Shown: positions 23,524-32,476, numbered from the stretch's first letter. The stretch: DNA of 35,692 nucleotides from Verrucomicrobiota bacterium (GCA_031384285.1 JANNAJ010000264.1:1-35692); one strand, 5' to 3'. The notes: generated from the sequence alone by a model not told the origin. Translations and numbers: made by a program.

Positions 23524-24356
23524 CAGTTGGCCCCTGCCCCTCCCGAGAAGGCGAAGACGAGCACGACGTGGAGGACGGTCAGGATGAGAAGGCTGTAGGT
23601 GAGAGGGATGTGGACGAACAGCCAGAGCTTCAGGCTCAGCTGCAGGGATCTCTGGTAGTCCAGGCCGTCTTTCTGCGCGACCATCACGGCGAGTTCCCCG
23701 AGCACCTTGCGCTGTTCCGGGGCGAGGAACCGGTCGAGGTCGGCGATACGGGCTTCGATCCGCATCAAAGGACTCCGCACCTCGGCGAGATGCCTCCATC
23801 CGTTCATCGGCCGCCCGAGGAACCCGGCCAGGTGGAGCTTGTAGAAATCCGCGACCGCGGTGGACCGGGTCGCCGCGACGGACGCCAGCGCCAGAGCCTC
23901 GGCATCCTCGGCCAGTTTGCGGCGGATGGCCGGGATGCGCTCGTAGAGCGCCTCACATCCGCGGGCCGTCAGCCGACGCGGCACGATCCGCGACCAGACG
24001 AGCCCGGCCACACCGCTCGCGGCGACCGCCAGATAGAGCGAAGCCAACGCCGCTTCGAATGCTCCGGTCGGCCAACGCCAACCGGTGTGGGCGAGGAAGA
24101 GCGCGAGCGAGAAGTAGCCGACGTAGGCATGGAGCTGGAGCCACGTCCTGGAGTTCCCGAGAGGAAGGAACGGCAGCTTCTTCCGCGCGTTGTAGGCGGT
24201 GAGGAACAAGCAGACGGCGAGCAGGAGCCAACCGCTGAGGTAGGCGAGATGCCGCATCACCGGCGCCAGCTGCCGGTGTCCCCAGGACAAGGCGACCACG
24301 GCCGCGACCAGCAGCAGCACCCCGGAAAGACGGCGTTTTACGGTGGTGCGCATCAT
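23523..24356 (-). CDS. Integral membrane protein with putative heme-b ligating histidines (ferric-reductase-like TM domain)
   Basis: About five to six hydrophobic segments with His pairs WLQLHAYVG...FLAH and WLFVHIPLT...VLHV; translationally coupled at both ends. Confidence 0.7.
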   Translation of the reverse strand: MMRTTVKRRLSGVLLLVAAVVALSWGHRQLAPVMRHLAYLSGWLLLAVCLFLTAYNARKKLPFLPLGNSRTWLQLHAYVGYFSLALFLAHTGWRWPTGAFEAALASLYLAVAASGVAGLVWSRIVPRRLTARGCEALYERIPAIRRKLAEDAEALALASVAATRSTAVADFYKLHLAGFLGRPMNGWRHLAEVRSPLMRIEARIADLDRFLAPEQRKVLGELAVMVAQKDGLDYQRSLQLSLKLWLFVHIPLTYSLLILTVLHVVLVFAFSGGAGAN

Positions 24357-26095
24357 CGGTGCAACCAGGTGGCGAAGGTGTCGAGCCGGGTCATGTCCAT
24401 GCGCTTCAAAGCATCATGGGGACAGGCCCGTTCACATGCGGGCCCGCCGTATTGGTCGATGCAATGGTCGCACTTCGTCGCCTTGAGGACGGGTCTGGAC
24501 TCCTTGTCCGTGACGAAGTCCCCGCCCGTGTCCCGCGCCTCGACCATGCGGATGGCGTCGTAAGGGCAGTTGTTCGCGCAACTCGTGCAACCGATGCACG
24601 TCGCCTGGTTGATCACCACGTCGCCGGCCGAGGCGTCGCGGTGGATCGCCCCGGTCGGGCAACCGATCATGCAGACAGGATCCACGCAATGCATGCAGGA
24701 CTGCGCCACCTGGATCCCGGCGCTGACCGGGCCTTGGCGGAGGAAGCGCGGGTTGTTGTCATGCGTCGCCGCGCAGGCACGGACACAGTCGTCGCACCGC
24801 GTGCAACGGGCGAGGTCGATGACCATCGTCGCCGTGCCGTTGAAGATCCGGCGGCCCGTGAGGAACTCCATGAGCTCCGGTCCGATCCGCTGCGCGAAGC
24901 CGCCCTGCTCCTTCAGCGGATCGTCATCGTCGGCGTCGAGCTCGTCCGTGGTGAGCGGCCCCGGCAGAAGAGCGTTCGGCGCGCCGGGCAGCACGACCTG
25001 CTCCATGACCCGGGTCGGGACGAAGAGGGTGTGGGTATACCCGATGACGCGGAGCGAGAACTGGAACGGGACCGCCGCACCGGGATCCCGCCAATTGTGG
25101 GCGATCTCCCGCAGGCCGAACCAGCGTCCCGCGCCAAGGTAGTTCAAGGTGCGCTGGCCGCTGCCGAAGCGCTTGGAGAGGCGCCCGAACCCGGACCGGA
25201 TGAAGATCACCCCGTCCGGATAATCGCCCTCTTGGGCGATGACCGTTTCTTTGTCGACCGAGTTCGTGCCGGCCTTCGCGAGCTTCTTGTAGTCCCCGGA
25301 CCAGTCGTATTCGCCGTAGGTCCCGAACTGGGTCTGGGCGGCCACCTGGGCGAGCTGCTCCTCGTCGAGATGCTGGAAGATGGGGAACGAACGGAGGGCG
25401 TTCGAAAGCGTGTTCTTCCGATAGAGCGCGTCGATGTGCGCCCGGAGCGCAGCATCGTTCTTCAGGATGTCGCGGAGCCCCTGCCACCGGATCTCCAGAA
25501 GCTCCGCGTCGTCGGAATCGCACAGGACGGTCGCGGTCCGCGGCATGCGGCTGAGGGCCGCGATCTCGCCGAAGAACTCGCCCGGGCCGAGGGTCACCGT
25601 CTTGTTCTTCCCGATCAGCCGGGGCACATCCTGCAAGAAGACCCGCGAACCGCTCTCCGGGTCCGCGCCGCCGCCGCCGCCCAATTCCTCAGGGGTGCGG
25701 ACCTCGGGGTTCCGATGGTTCGCCCAAAGCTGGGCGACCGCGCGGAAGACCGACCGCTTCGCCGGCTCGCGACGGCCGAGCACCCGGTCCGGGAGGCCGG
25801 GAGGCAACACGACGCGGACGTCCCCGCCCACGATCATGAACGCGGAGGACCCGTAGTCGCCGGCGCGGACGATGATCTCCCCGCGCTTGAAGCGGCGGAT
25901 CCGGGTATCGCTCCGGAGGATGGTCCGGAGCGGTTGCTTTTTCGGGAAGCTCTCCGGGTCCATGTCCTTGAACGGCGCGAGCGAGGCGATCCGGTCGAGG
26001 TCTGCGTCAGGGAACTCCGGGTCGAACGGATTGTCCTGACGCCCGAGGCGTTCGATCTGGTTCCGGGGCGTGTCCATGGGTTCGGAAGCGGACAC
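24353..26095 (-). CDS. Tandem cyclic-nucleotide-binding domains fused to a four-cluster [4Fe-4S] (DmsB/NrfC-like) domain
   Basis: cNMP domain 1 has GEIIVRAGD...LGPGEFFGEIAAL..MPRTATV; domain 2 is degenerate (VIAQEGD...LGAGRWFG). Cys groups are CTRCDDCVRAC, CMHCVDPVCMIGCP, CIGCTSCANNCP and CDHC...CERACP. The start is either the GTG at 26095 or the ATG at 26077. Confidence 0.9.
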   Translation of the reverse strand: MSASEPMDTPRNQIERLGRQDNPFDPEFPDADLDRIASLAPFKDMDPESFPKKQPLRTILRSDTRIRRFKRGEIIVRAGDYGSSAFMIVGGDVRVVLPPGLPDRVLGRREPAKRSVFRAVAQLWANHRNPEVRTPEELGGGGGADPESGSRVFLQDVPRLIGKNKTVTLGPGEFFGEIAALSRMPRTATVLCDSDDAELLEIRWQGLRDILKNDAALRAHIDALYRKNTLSNALRSFPIFQHLDEEQLAQVAAQTQFGTYGEYDWSGDYKKLAKAGTNSVDKETVIAQEGDYPDGVIFIRSGFGRLSKRFGSGQRTLNYLGAGRWFGLREIAHNWRDPGAAVPFQFSLRVIGYTHTLFVPTRVMEQVVLPGAPNALLPGPLTTDELDADDDDPLKEQGGFAQRIGPELMEFLTGRRIFNGTATMVIDLARCTRCDDCVRACAATHDNNPRFLRQGPVSAGIQVAQSCMHCVDPVCMIGCPTGAIHRDASAGDVVINQATCIGCTSCANNCPYDAIRMVEARDTGGDFVTDKESRPVLKATKCDHCIDQYGGPACERACPHDALKRMDMTRLDTFATWLHR

Positions 26096-27400
26096 CTAGG
26101 CGTCGAGCACGAGATCGCCCTTCGGCCGGCAGACGCAGGTGAGGCAAGACCCGGCCTCGCCCGGATCGGCCTTGGACAGGTACTCCACCTCGCCTTGCTT
26201 CACGGCCACCGAACAGGAACCGCAACTGCCGGCGCAGCAGCCGGAATCGATCCGGACGTCGTTGGCGCGAGCGAAGTCGAGGAGGTTCAAGAGCGCCGGA
26301 TCCCAGCGCACGACCTTGCCGGATTTCCCGAAGGTGACGTTGACCACCTTGCCGCCGGCGTCGGCCTTGCGGAGGGTCAGCGTGTCGCTCGTCTTCTTGA
26401 TGGTCGCGGGCCCGAACGCCTCGTAGTGGATCTTCGCCTCGGGCACGCCCCAACCGATCAACCCTTCGTACATCGACTTCATGAACGACCCGTTGCCGCA
26501 CATGTAGTAGTCGTAGTTGCTGGACGGCAACGCCGCCTTGAGCACGTCGGCCGTGAGCCGGCCCGCCGTGTGGAAATCCTTGCCCTGGACGTCCGCGGGG
26601 CCGGGCTTCGAGTAGCAGACGTGGAGCCGGATGTTGTCGCACCGGGCCGCGAGCTGCTCGACCTCGGCCTTGAGCATGTGGTCGGCCCGGCTGCGACAGA
26701 CGAAGAAGAACCAGGTCTCGCGCTCCGACCCGATGGCGGCGATCTCGCGGGCCATCGACAGGACGGGCGTGACGCCGACGCCGGCGCTGATCAAGACGAC
26801 GGGCGTCTGCTTCTCCGTCTCGAGGTAGAAGTGGCCGCCGGGCGCCTTGACGTTGAGGATGTCGCCGTCCTTGACCCCATCGGCGAAGAAGCTGGACCCG
26901 ACGCCGGGCGGTACGCCGGGTTTGTCGGGCGGGGCTTTCTCGTTCTTGATCGTGACCCGGTAGAAATCGCGGTCCGAAGGCGCCGAGCTCAGCGAGTAGC
27001 AGCGCACCACCTGTTTGTCCCGTCCGGGGATATCGAGACCAAAGGTGAGATACTGGCCTGCCTTGAAGGCCGGGATCGCCTTCCCGTCGTGCGGCTTGAG
27101 CACGAAAGAGAAGACATCCTCGCATTCATGGAGCTTCTCGGCGACCCGGAACTTGCGCCACCCGTTCCAAGAAGATTTCTCCTGCTCCGTCTGGTCCCAC
27201 CGGCTCTTCGCGAGCCGGACCTCGTACGCGAGCCTCTCGCTCTCGAGCGCGAACTGCCTCCGCTGCTGCACCAACCTCCGGACGGAGCTGACGACCGCCA
27301 GGCCTGTCTGGGCAGCCACGGCGGCGAGCAGTCCGAAGCCGATCACCAGCCCCGGGTTCGCCCGTGCACTTTCCACCGAGATCAGGAGAAGGGTTTGCAT
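26096..27400 (-). CDS. FNR-like FAD/NAD(P)H oxidoreductase with a C-terminal [2Fe-2S] ferredoxin and an N-terminal membrane anchor (Hcr/PaaE-like architecture)
   Basis: FKAGQY, RCYSLSS, GVGS, ISAGVGVTP, YMCG and IHYEAFG; 2Fe-2S motif GCCAGSCGSC...CLTC; hydrophobic N-terminus GLVIGFGLLAAVAAQTGLAVV. This gene is the C-terminal 434 aa of the 1701-aa ORF in the track. Confidence 0.9.
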   Translation of the reverse strand: MQTLLLISVESARANPGLVIGFGLLAAVAAQTGLAVVSSVRRLVQQRRQFALESERLAYEVRLAKSRWDQTEQEKSSWNGWRKFRVAEKLHECEDVFSFVLKPHDGKAIPAFKAGQYLTFGLDIPGRDKQVVRCYSLSSAPSDRDFYRVTIKNEKAPPDKPGVPPGVGSSFFADGVKDGDILNVKAPGGHFYLETEKQTPVVLISAGVGVTPVLSMAREIAAIGSERETWFFFVCRSRADHMLKAEVEQLAARCDNIRLHVCYSKPGPADVQGKDFHTAGRLTADVLKAALPSSNYDYYMCGNGSFMKSMYEGLIGWGVPEAKIHYEAFGPATIKKTSDTLTLRKADAGGKVVNVTFGKSGKVVRWDPALLNLLDFARANDVRIDSGCCAGSCGSCSVAVKQGEVEYLSKADPGEAGSCLTCVCRPKGDLVLDA

Positions 27401-27409
27401 CGTGCTAGA

Positions 27410-27426
27410 CGGTTGATTATCAACCG
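27410..27426. promoter_or_regulatory. Perfect palindrome in a divergent promoter region (putative operator)
   Basis: CGGTTGAT-T-ATCAACCG (8-1-8) lies within the 60-nt gap between the divergent starts at 27400 and 27461. Confidence 0.5.
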
Positions 27427-27460
27427 AGGTGTGCGAAGTAAACTTCTTTGCTGGGCCCGG

Positions 27461-28588
27461 ATGAGTTTCTTCGCCCGCCTCCGCGCGGTTTCTTTCGGTG
27501 CGGCCCTTTCCTTCGCGGCGACACCATCGCGCGCGGAATCCGCGCTGGCCCGCTACATCGGCGCCAGCTCCTGCGCCACGGCTTCGTGCCACGGCGGCGC
27601 CGGGGACCAGCGCGACCAATGGGTCCGCTGGAACACCAAGGACGTCCACCGCCGCTCGGGCGCGACGCTGACCATGGCAAGGTCCGTGCAGATCGGCGCT
27701 GCCGCCGGCATCCGTGACGTGTCGGACGACGCCCGCTGCACGGTCTGCCATGCGCCTTTCGCCGACGTCCCGATGGCACAGCGCATCGGCCCGCTCGACC
27801 GCGGCGACGGCGTCTCCTGCGAGACCTGCCACGGCCCGGCCGAGCCGTGGATCCGGGCGCACACCCGCACCGCGAAGGACGGCTACACGCATGGCGACAA
27901 GGTCGCCGCCGGCCTCCGCGACCTGCGCAACCCGTACGTCCGCGCCAACACCTGCGTCGCCTGCCACGAGAACGTCGACCGCGGACTCCTGAAGGCCGGG
28001 CATCCGGAGCTCATCTTCGAGCTCGACGGCCAGACAGCAGGGGAACCGCGCCACTGGATGGAACGCACCGGCTGGGACGGCGGCCAAGCGTGGCTCGTCG
28101 GCCAAGCGGTCGCGCTCCGCGAGGTGAGCTGGCAGCTCGCCCGTCCCGGGCAATCCGACAGTCGCCTCGTCGCCCGCCAAGCCGGCCTGCTCTGGGTGGT
28201 CCAACGCGCTTCGCGGGCCATCGGCCAAAACACCTTCGCATCCCTCGCCGTGCAGTCCTCGGCCGACAAGACCCGCGCCGCGGCCGACGACCTCGCGAAA
28301 GACATCGCCGCCCGACCTTGGGCGCTCGGGCTGACCGCCGCCGTGCTCAAGCAGTTGGCTTCGGCCACCGAGGATTTCCGGGACGCCGGGACGCCCGCGG
28401 AGATCCAAGCCCGCCGTGGCGAACGTCTCGTGCTGGCGCTCGACCGGTTGCTCGCCGCCTCCGACCGTGCCGTGGAGACCCGCCTCGATGCCGAGATGAA
28501 AGATCTCTTCCGGCTTGCCCAATCGTTGCCCGATTTCGATCCGGCCAAGTTCGCCGCCGCATTGGAGAAGTTCGCCGCGAAGCTCTGA
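27461..28588 (+). CDS. Exported tetraheme cytochrome c (c554-like) with a helical C-terminal domain
   Basis: Signal peptide ending PSRA; YIGASSCATASCH (atypical CX4CH), CTVCH, DGVSCETCHGP and CVACH. This gene is the C-terminal 375 aa of the 1409-aa ORF in the track. Confidence 0.85.
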   Translation: MSFFARLRAVSFGAALSFAATPSRAESALARYIGASSCATASCHGGAGDQRDQWVRWNTKDVHRRSGATLTMARSVQIGAAAGIRDVSDDARCTVCHAPFADVPMAQRIGPLDRGDGVSCETCHGPAEPWIRAHTRTAKDGYTHGDKVAAGLRDLRNPYVRANTCVACHENVDRGLLKAGHPELIFELDGQTAGEPRHWMERTGWDGGQAWLVGQAVALREVSWQLARPGQSDSRLVARQAGLLWVVQRASRAIGQNTFASLAVQSSADKTRAAADDLAKDIAARPWALGLTAAVLKQLASATEDFRDAGTPAEIQARRGERLVLALDRLLAASDRAVETRLDAEMKDLFRLAQSLPDFDPAKFAAALEKFAAKL

Positions 28589-28654
28589 AGATCTGTCACC
28601 GGGGCTGCCCCGTTGACGAGCCGGTCGTAGAAAAGCATCAACCGCGCCGACGCG

Positions 28655-30433
28655 ATGCCCGTACCCGAGTCCGCTCCCAAATCCGCTCCCGAAGGCACGT
28701 CCGTCCGACCACCGGGGATGGGACGGTCCGATTTTTTGCCTTGGGTGGTCTGCTTGGTTTTCGGCCTGTTCATAGCGACGCTGCCGCACTGGATCCGGCC
28801 CCTGCCAGGCCAAGGTCCAGGCTGGATCGCCAGCCTTGACGAGCTGGGCTGCTACCTCTCGGTCGGCGCCCAAGCCTACCACAACCATCCGTGGAGTCTC
28901 ACCGATCCGGTGCTCCCGGACGGAGGCGACAGCATCTATCCCGCCCTGCAGCTGGTGCCCGGGATCTGGATCGCGAAGCTCTTTGGCCTCGGCCCGATGG
29001 GCATCACCCTCGGATGGCGCATCTGGGCGGGGTTGACGCTCCCGACGGGTTTCTACCTGCTGCTGCGCCGGTTCGTCGGACGTCCATGGGCGGCCGCGGC
29101 GCTGACCGCCCTGCTGCTCGCCGACCACGGCCTGACCGAGAAGCGTCTCGTGGACCGCCATTTCTTGGCGTTCTTCCGGATCCTGGCCTCCGACGGAACC
29201 GACCCCCTTTTCGGTTCGTGGCCGCAGTTCCTCCACCAATGGAGGCTCATCACACCCGGACTTAGCCTCGTCTTCCTGTGCGCACACGTCGGCCTGTTGG
29301 CGCGCGCTCTCCGGACGCCCTCGCGGTCGGCGATCGTCCTGTCTGGGCTCGGGTTCGGACTGCTCTTCTGGAGCTACTTCTACTATTGGACCGCGGCTTC
29401 GGTCGCATTGGTCCTCTGCTGGCTGGTGGACCGGTCGGCCCGGAAGACCTATCTCCACACCGGTGGGATCGGGTTCCTCGTCGGCCTGCCGGCATTGGCC
29501 CAGAACGCCTGGACCAAACATGCGGCGGTACCGGGCTGGCTCCAGAACGTGGACCTGTTCGTGCCCGTGCCTCGCTTGTCCGAACTCACGTTTCCGCCGG
29601 TCGCCATCGCCACGACCCTCGCGTCCTTCGCATGGTGCTGGTGGCGACGTCGGGACCTGTTGCCGTCGGCAGCGATGGCATCCGCCGGGATGCTCTGCTC
29701 GAACCAACACATCCTGACCGGCATCGGCATCCAAGACGGCCATTGGGCTTACGTCTGGGGGCCGTTCTTGGGCGTGACCCTGGCGATCCTCGCGGCGGAT
29801 CTCGCCGCGCCGCACCTGTCCGGGCGGCCGCGGTGGACGGGACTGCTGGTGGCGGCCTTGGCGGCGCACCTCGGGACCGGCATCATGTTCCGCGTCTGGG
29901 AAGGCACCGGTTGCCGGGAACCGCTCGCCCTGAACGCCGACTGGCGACGGTTCGTCGAGCAGCGGGTCGCCTTGTCGTCCCCACCGCTCGAGCCGAACGC
30001 GGTCGTCGCCGGAGACCGTGGCTTCGCCGATTTCGCGTTGATCCAGGAAAACACGCGGGCCCTGCTGGGGGCCGCGTTCCTCAGCCCCTCGGTGGACGCA
30101 TCGGAGCTCGATGAACGGACGGCCCTCAACGACCTTCTGCTCGGACTTTCCGCCTCCGAGAGCCAGTCGAAGTTCGCCCGGGACCTCGCGGCCGAGCCGG
30201 GCCTCTGGGCGCAGGTCCCGGGAGTCCGCGCCCGCAGTCTGGCCCGTGGCTCGGCCATCTATCGCAGCGTGGCAGCCCATGTCCCCGGCGCGCTCCGACG
30301 CTACGGCGTCCGTTACGTGGCGCTGCCCGCGGCGACGCCGACGCCGCGCTACCTGGCCGAAGGTTGGAAGCGCCTCCAAGCGGGGCCGCACTGGCAGTTG
30401 TGGGAACGCGTCCCGCCCGTGCTGACGAAGTGA
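28655..30433 (+). CDS. Polytopic membrane protein of unknown function (possibly GT-C-like)
   Basis: More than ten hydrophobic segments, an acidic DE pair after TM1, GLLFWSYFYYW and a soluble C-terminal domain ending LRRYGVRYV. The function is inference only. Confidence 0.55.
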   Translation: MPVPESAPKSAPEGTSVRPPGMGRSDFLPWVVCLVFGLFIATLPHWIRPLPGQGPGWIASLDELGCYLSVGAQAYHNHPWSLTDPVLPDGGDSIYPALQLVPGIWIAKLFGLGPMGITLGWRIWAGLTLPTGFYLLLRRFVGRPWAAAALTALLLADHGLTEKRLVDRHFLAFFRILASDGTDPLFGSWPQFLHQWRLITPGLSLVFLCAHVGLLARALRTPSRSAIVLSGLGFGLLFWSYFYYWTAASVALVLCWLVDRSARKTYLHTGGIGFLVGLPALAQNAWTKHAAVPGWLQNVDLFVPVPRLSELTFPPVAIATTLASFAWCWWRRRDLLPSAAMASAGMLCSNQHILTGIGIQDGHWAYVWGPFLGVTLAILAADLAAPHLSGRPRWTGLLVAALAAHLGTGIMFRVWEGTGCREPLALNADWRRFVEQRVALSSPPLEPNAVVAGDRGFADFALIQENTRALLGAAFLSPSVDASELDERTALNDLLLGLSASESQSKFARDLAAEPGLWAQVPGVRARSLARGSAIYRSVAAHVPGALRRYGVRYVALPAATPTPRYLAEGWKRLQAGPHWQLWERVPPVLTK

Positions 30434-30493
30434 CGGCGGCGGGCCTTCGCGCACCGCTTGAAATGCGCCGGCCGCCCCGCCAGCCTGCCGTCC

Positions 30494-31273
30494 ATGCTCG
30501 CGCTGTTCACGGAGATGCTCGATCCCCGCAATCTGCTCACCAACCCGGTGATGTGGGTCGTAGCGGCGTTCCAGTTGTGGATGTTCATCGACGCCTTGCG
30601 CCGGCAGGAGTGGATCTGGGCCGCCTGCATCTTCTTCTTCTCGATGATCAGCGCGCTCCTCTACTTCTTCATGGTCTATCGCCAGGCAGGCCCGGCGTCC
30701 GGCGGCGGACCGACCCGCGGTTTCGAGCTGCCCGGGGCGAAAGAGCGCCGGCGCATCAAGGAGCTGGAAGGCCGCATCCATCACCTCGACAACGCCCGCG
30801 ACCACCTCGATCTCGCGGATATCTACTTCAGCCAGGGCAAGCTCCCGAAGGCCGAGGCAAGCTACCGCGCGTCGCTCCAGCGTGATCCGTCCGACGTCGA
30901 TGCCGTCGCCCACCTGGGGCAGTGCCTTCTCCGCGCCGGCCGCGCCGGCGAGGCGGAACCGCTTCTCTCGCGCGTCGTGGCGGCCGATGCCAAGCACGAC
31001 TACGGCCACACGTTGATGGCGCTCGCAGAGACGCAGACCGCGCTCGGGAACGACGACGGCGCGTCCGTCTCGTGGCGACGGGTGCTGGACAACAACGCCT
31101 ACGCGCGCGCCAAGGTCCAGTTCGCCGAACTGCTGGCGAAGCGGGGTGAACGGGCCCGGGCCCGGACCGAGCTGGAGGAGGTCGTCAGCGACGACCAGCA
31201 CGCGCCGAAGTTCCAGCGCGACCGCGACAAAGTCTGGGTCCGCCGCGCGCGGTCGCTGCTCGCATCGCTGTGA
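30494..31273 (+). CDS. PLDc_N-like membrane hairpin plus TPR protein
   Basis: LWMFIDALRRQEWIWAACIFFFSMISALLYFF followed by TPR repeats (LADIYFSQGKLPKAEASYRASLQRDP and others). TTGAAA-N17-CAGCCT lies just upstream of the ATG at 30494. Confidence 0.75.
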   Translation: MLALFTEMLDPRNLLTNPVMWVVAAFQLWMFIDALRRQEWIWAACIFFFSMISALLYFFMVYRQAGPASGGGPTRGFELPGAKERRRIKELEGRIHHLDNARDHLDLADIYFSQGKLPKAEASYRASLQRDPSDVDAVAHLGQCLLRAGRAGEAEPLLSRVVAADAKHDYGHTLMALAETQTALGNDDGASVSWRRVLDNNAYARAKVQFAELLAKRGERARARTELEEVVSDDQHAPKFQRDRDKVWVRRARSLLASL

Positions 31274-32412
31274 CGACGAAGCTTCCTGCCGACCGCCGCT
31301 GGCTCCGCTCAGGCACGGAGTTCATGGCGACCTTGCATGGATCCATCGGCGCGGCCCGCGGGTCGGTGCGGCTCGAGTTCTACATCGTCGCGCCCGACAC
31401 CGCCGGAACGGCCGTCCGCGACGCCTTGGCGGACGCCGCCGGCCGCGGCGTCGCCGTGCGGGTGCTCGTCGACGCGCTGGGGACGACGGCCCTGCCGTCG
31501 GGTTTCTGGCGGCCGGTCACCGGTTCCGGCGGCGAGGTCAAGATCTTCAACCCGCTCACTTCGCGCCGGCTCCCGGTGCGGGACCACCGCAAGCTCGTGG
31601 TGGTGGACGACGAGGTCGCGATCGTCGGCGGGTTCAACCTCAGCGACGACTACGCGGGCGACGGCGTCGCGAGCGGCTGGGCCGACTGCGGGCTCGTGCT
31701 GCGGGGGCCCGCCGTCGCGGGATTGGCCCGGTCGTTCGACCTGATGTCCGCGCTCTGCGACGCGACCCAGCCTCGCGCGATGCTGGCGCGGCTCGGCAAA
31801 GGCCACCGACCGCAGGCGGAGACGATCGCGCCGGGGACGCAGCTGCTCCTCAGCGGTCCCGGCCGCAAGCCGAACGCGTTCCAGAGACTCCTCCGGGAGG
31901 ACGTCGCCCGGGCGCGGACGGTCCGTTTCGTCTCCGCGTATTTCTTGCCGGGGTTCCAGATGCGCCGCCTCCTGCGCCGGGCTGCCAAGCGCGGCGCGCA
32001 GGTGCAGGTGATCGTCCCCGGCAAGTCGGACGTCGCGCTCTCGCAGCGCGCGGCGCGGCATCTCTACACGGGATTGCTCCGCGCCGGCGTGGAGATCTGG
32101 GAGTACCAGCCTCAGGTGCTCCACACGAAGCTGTTCCTCGTGGACGGAGCGGTGTACGTCGGCTCGTCGAACCTCGACACCCGCAGCCTGCACATCAACC
32201 ACGAGCTGATGATCCGTCTCACCGATCCGGAGGTCGTCGCCGGAGGCGAGGCGCTGTTCGCCGACATGCTGGGCCGCTCACGGCGCATCGATCCCGCGAG
32301 TTGGCGGGCATCGCGGCCGTGGTGGGAGAAGCTCCGCGAGCGTTGGGCCTTCTGGATCCTCTCGCAGGTCGATCCCTACGTGACACGTTGGCTGGTGCTC
32401 GGCCCGCGCTGA
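31270..32412 (+). CDS. Phospholipase D superfamily protein, cardiolipin synthase-like (ClsB type, no N-terminal TM)
   Basis: Two HKD motifs: RDHRKLVVVD...GGFN and LHTKLFLVD...GSSNLDTRS. GTGA overlap with the upstream gene. Confidence 0.88.
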   Translation: MTTKLPADRRWLRSGTEFMATLHGSIGAARGSVRLEFYIVAPDTAGTAVRDALADAAGRGVAVRVLVDALGTTALPSGFWRPVTGSGGEVKIFNPLTSRRLPVRDHRKLVVVDDEVAIVGGFNLSDDYAGDGVASGWADCGLVLRGPAVAGLARSFDLMSALCDATQPRAMLARLGKGHRPQAETIAPGTQLLLSGPGRKPNAFQRLLREDVARARTVRFVSAYFLPGFQMRRLLRRAAKRGAQVQVIVPGKSDVALSQRAARHLYTGLLRAGVEIWEYQPQVLHTKLFLVDGAVYVGSSNLDTRSLHINHELMIRLTDPEVVAGGEALFADMLGRSRRIDPASWRASRPWWEKLRERWAFWILSQVDPYVTRWLVLGPR

Positions 32413-32476
32413 GGCCCGCGACACCGCCGAGAATTTTCCTCTCCCCGTTTCCCGTCGCCGGGTCTTTGCTGTCGGG

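Noticed and set aside
24359-28588. 1409-aa plus-strand ORF
   Set aside because: The first ~1030 aa are the antisense shadow of the cNMP/Fe-S and reductase genes. The real gene starts at 27461 with a signal peptide.
26096-31201. 1701-aa minus-strand ORF suggesting a giant fusion protein
   Set aside because: Only the last 434 aa (from the ATG at 27400) have protein motifs. The rest is antisense to three credible plus-strand genes, a typical stop-poor shadow frame in high-GC DNA.
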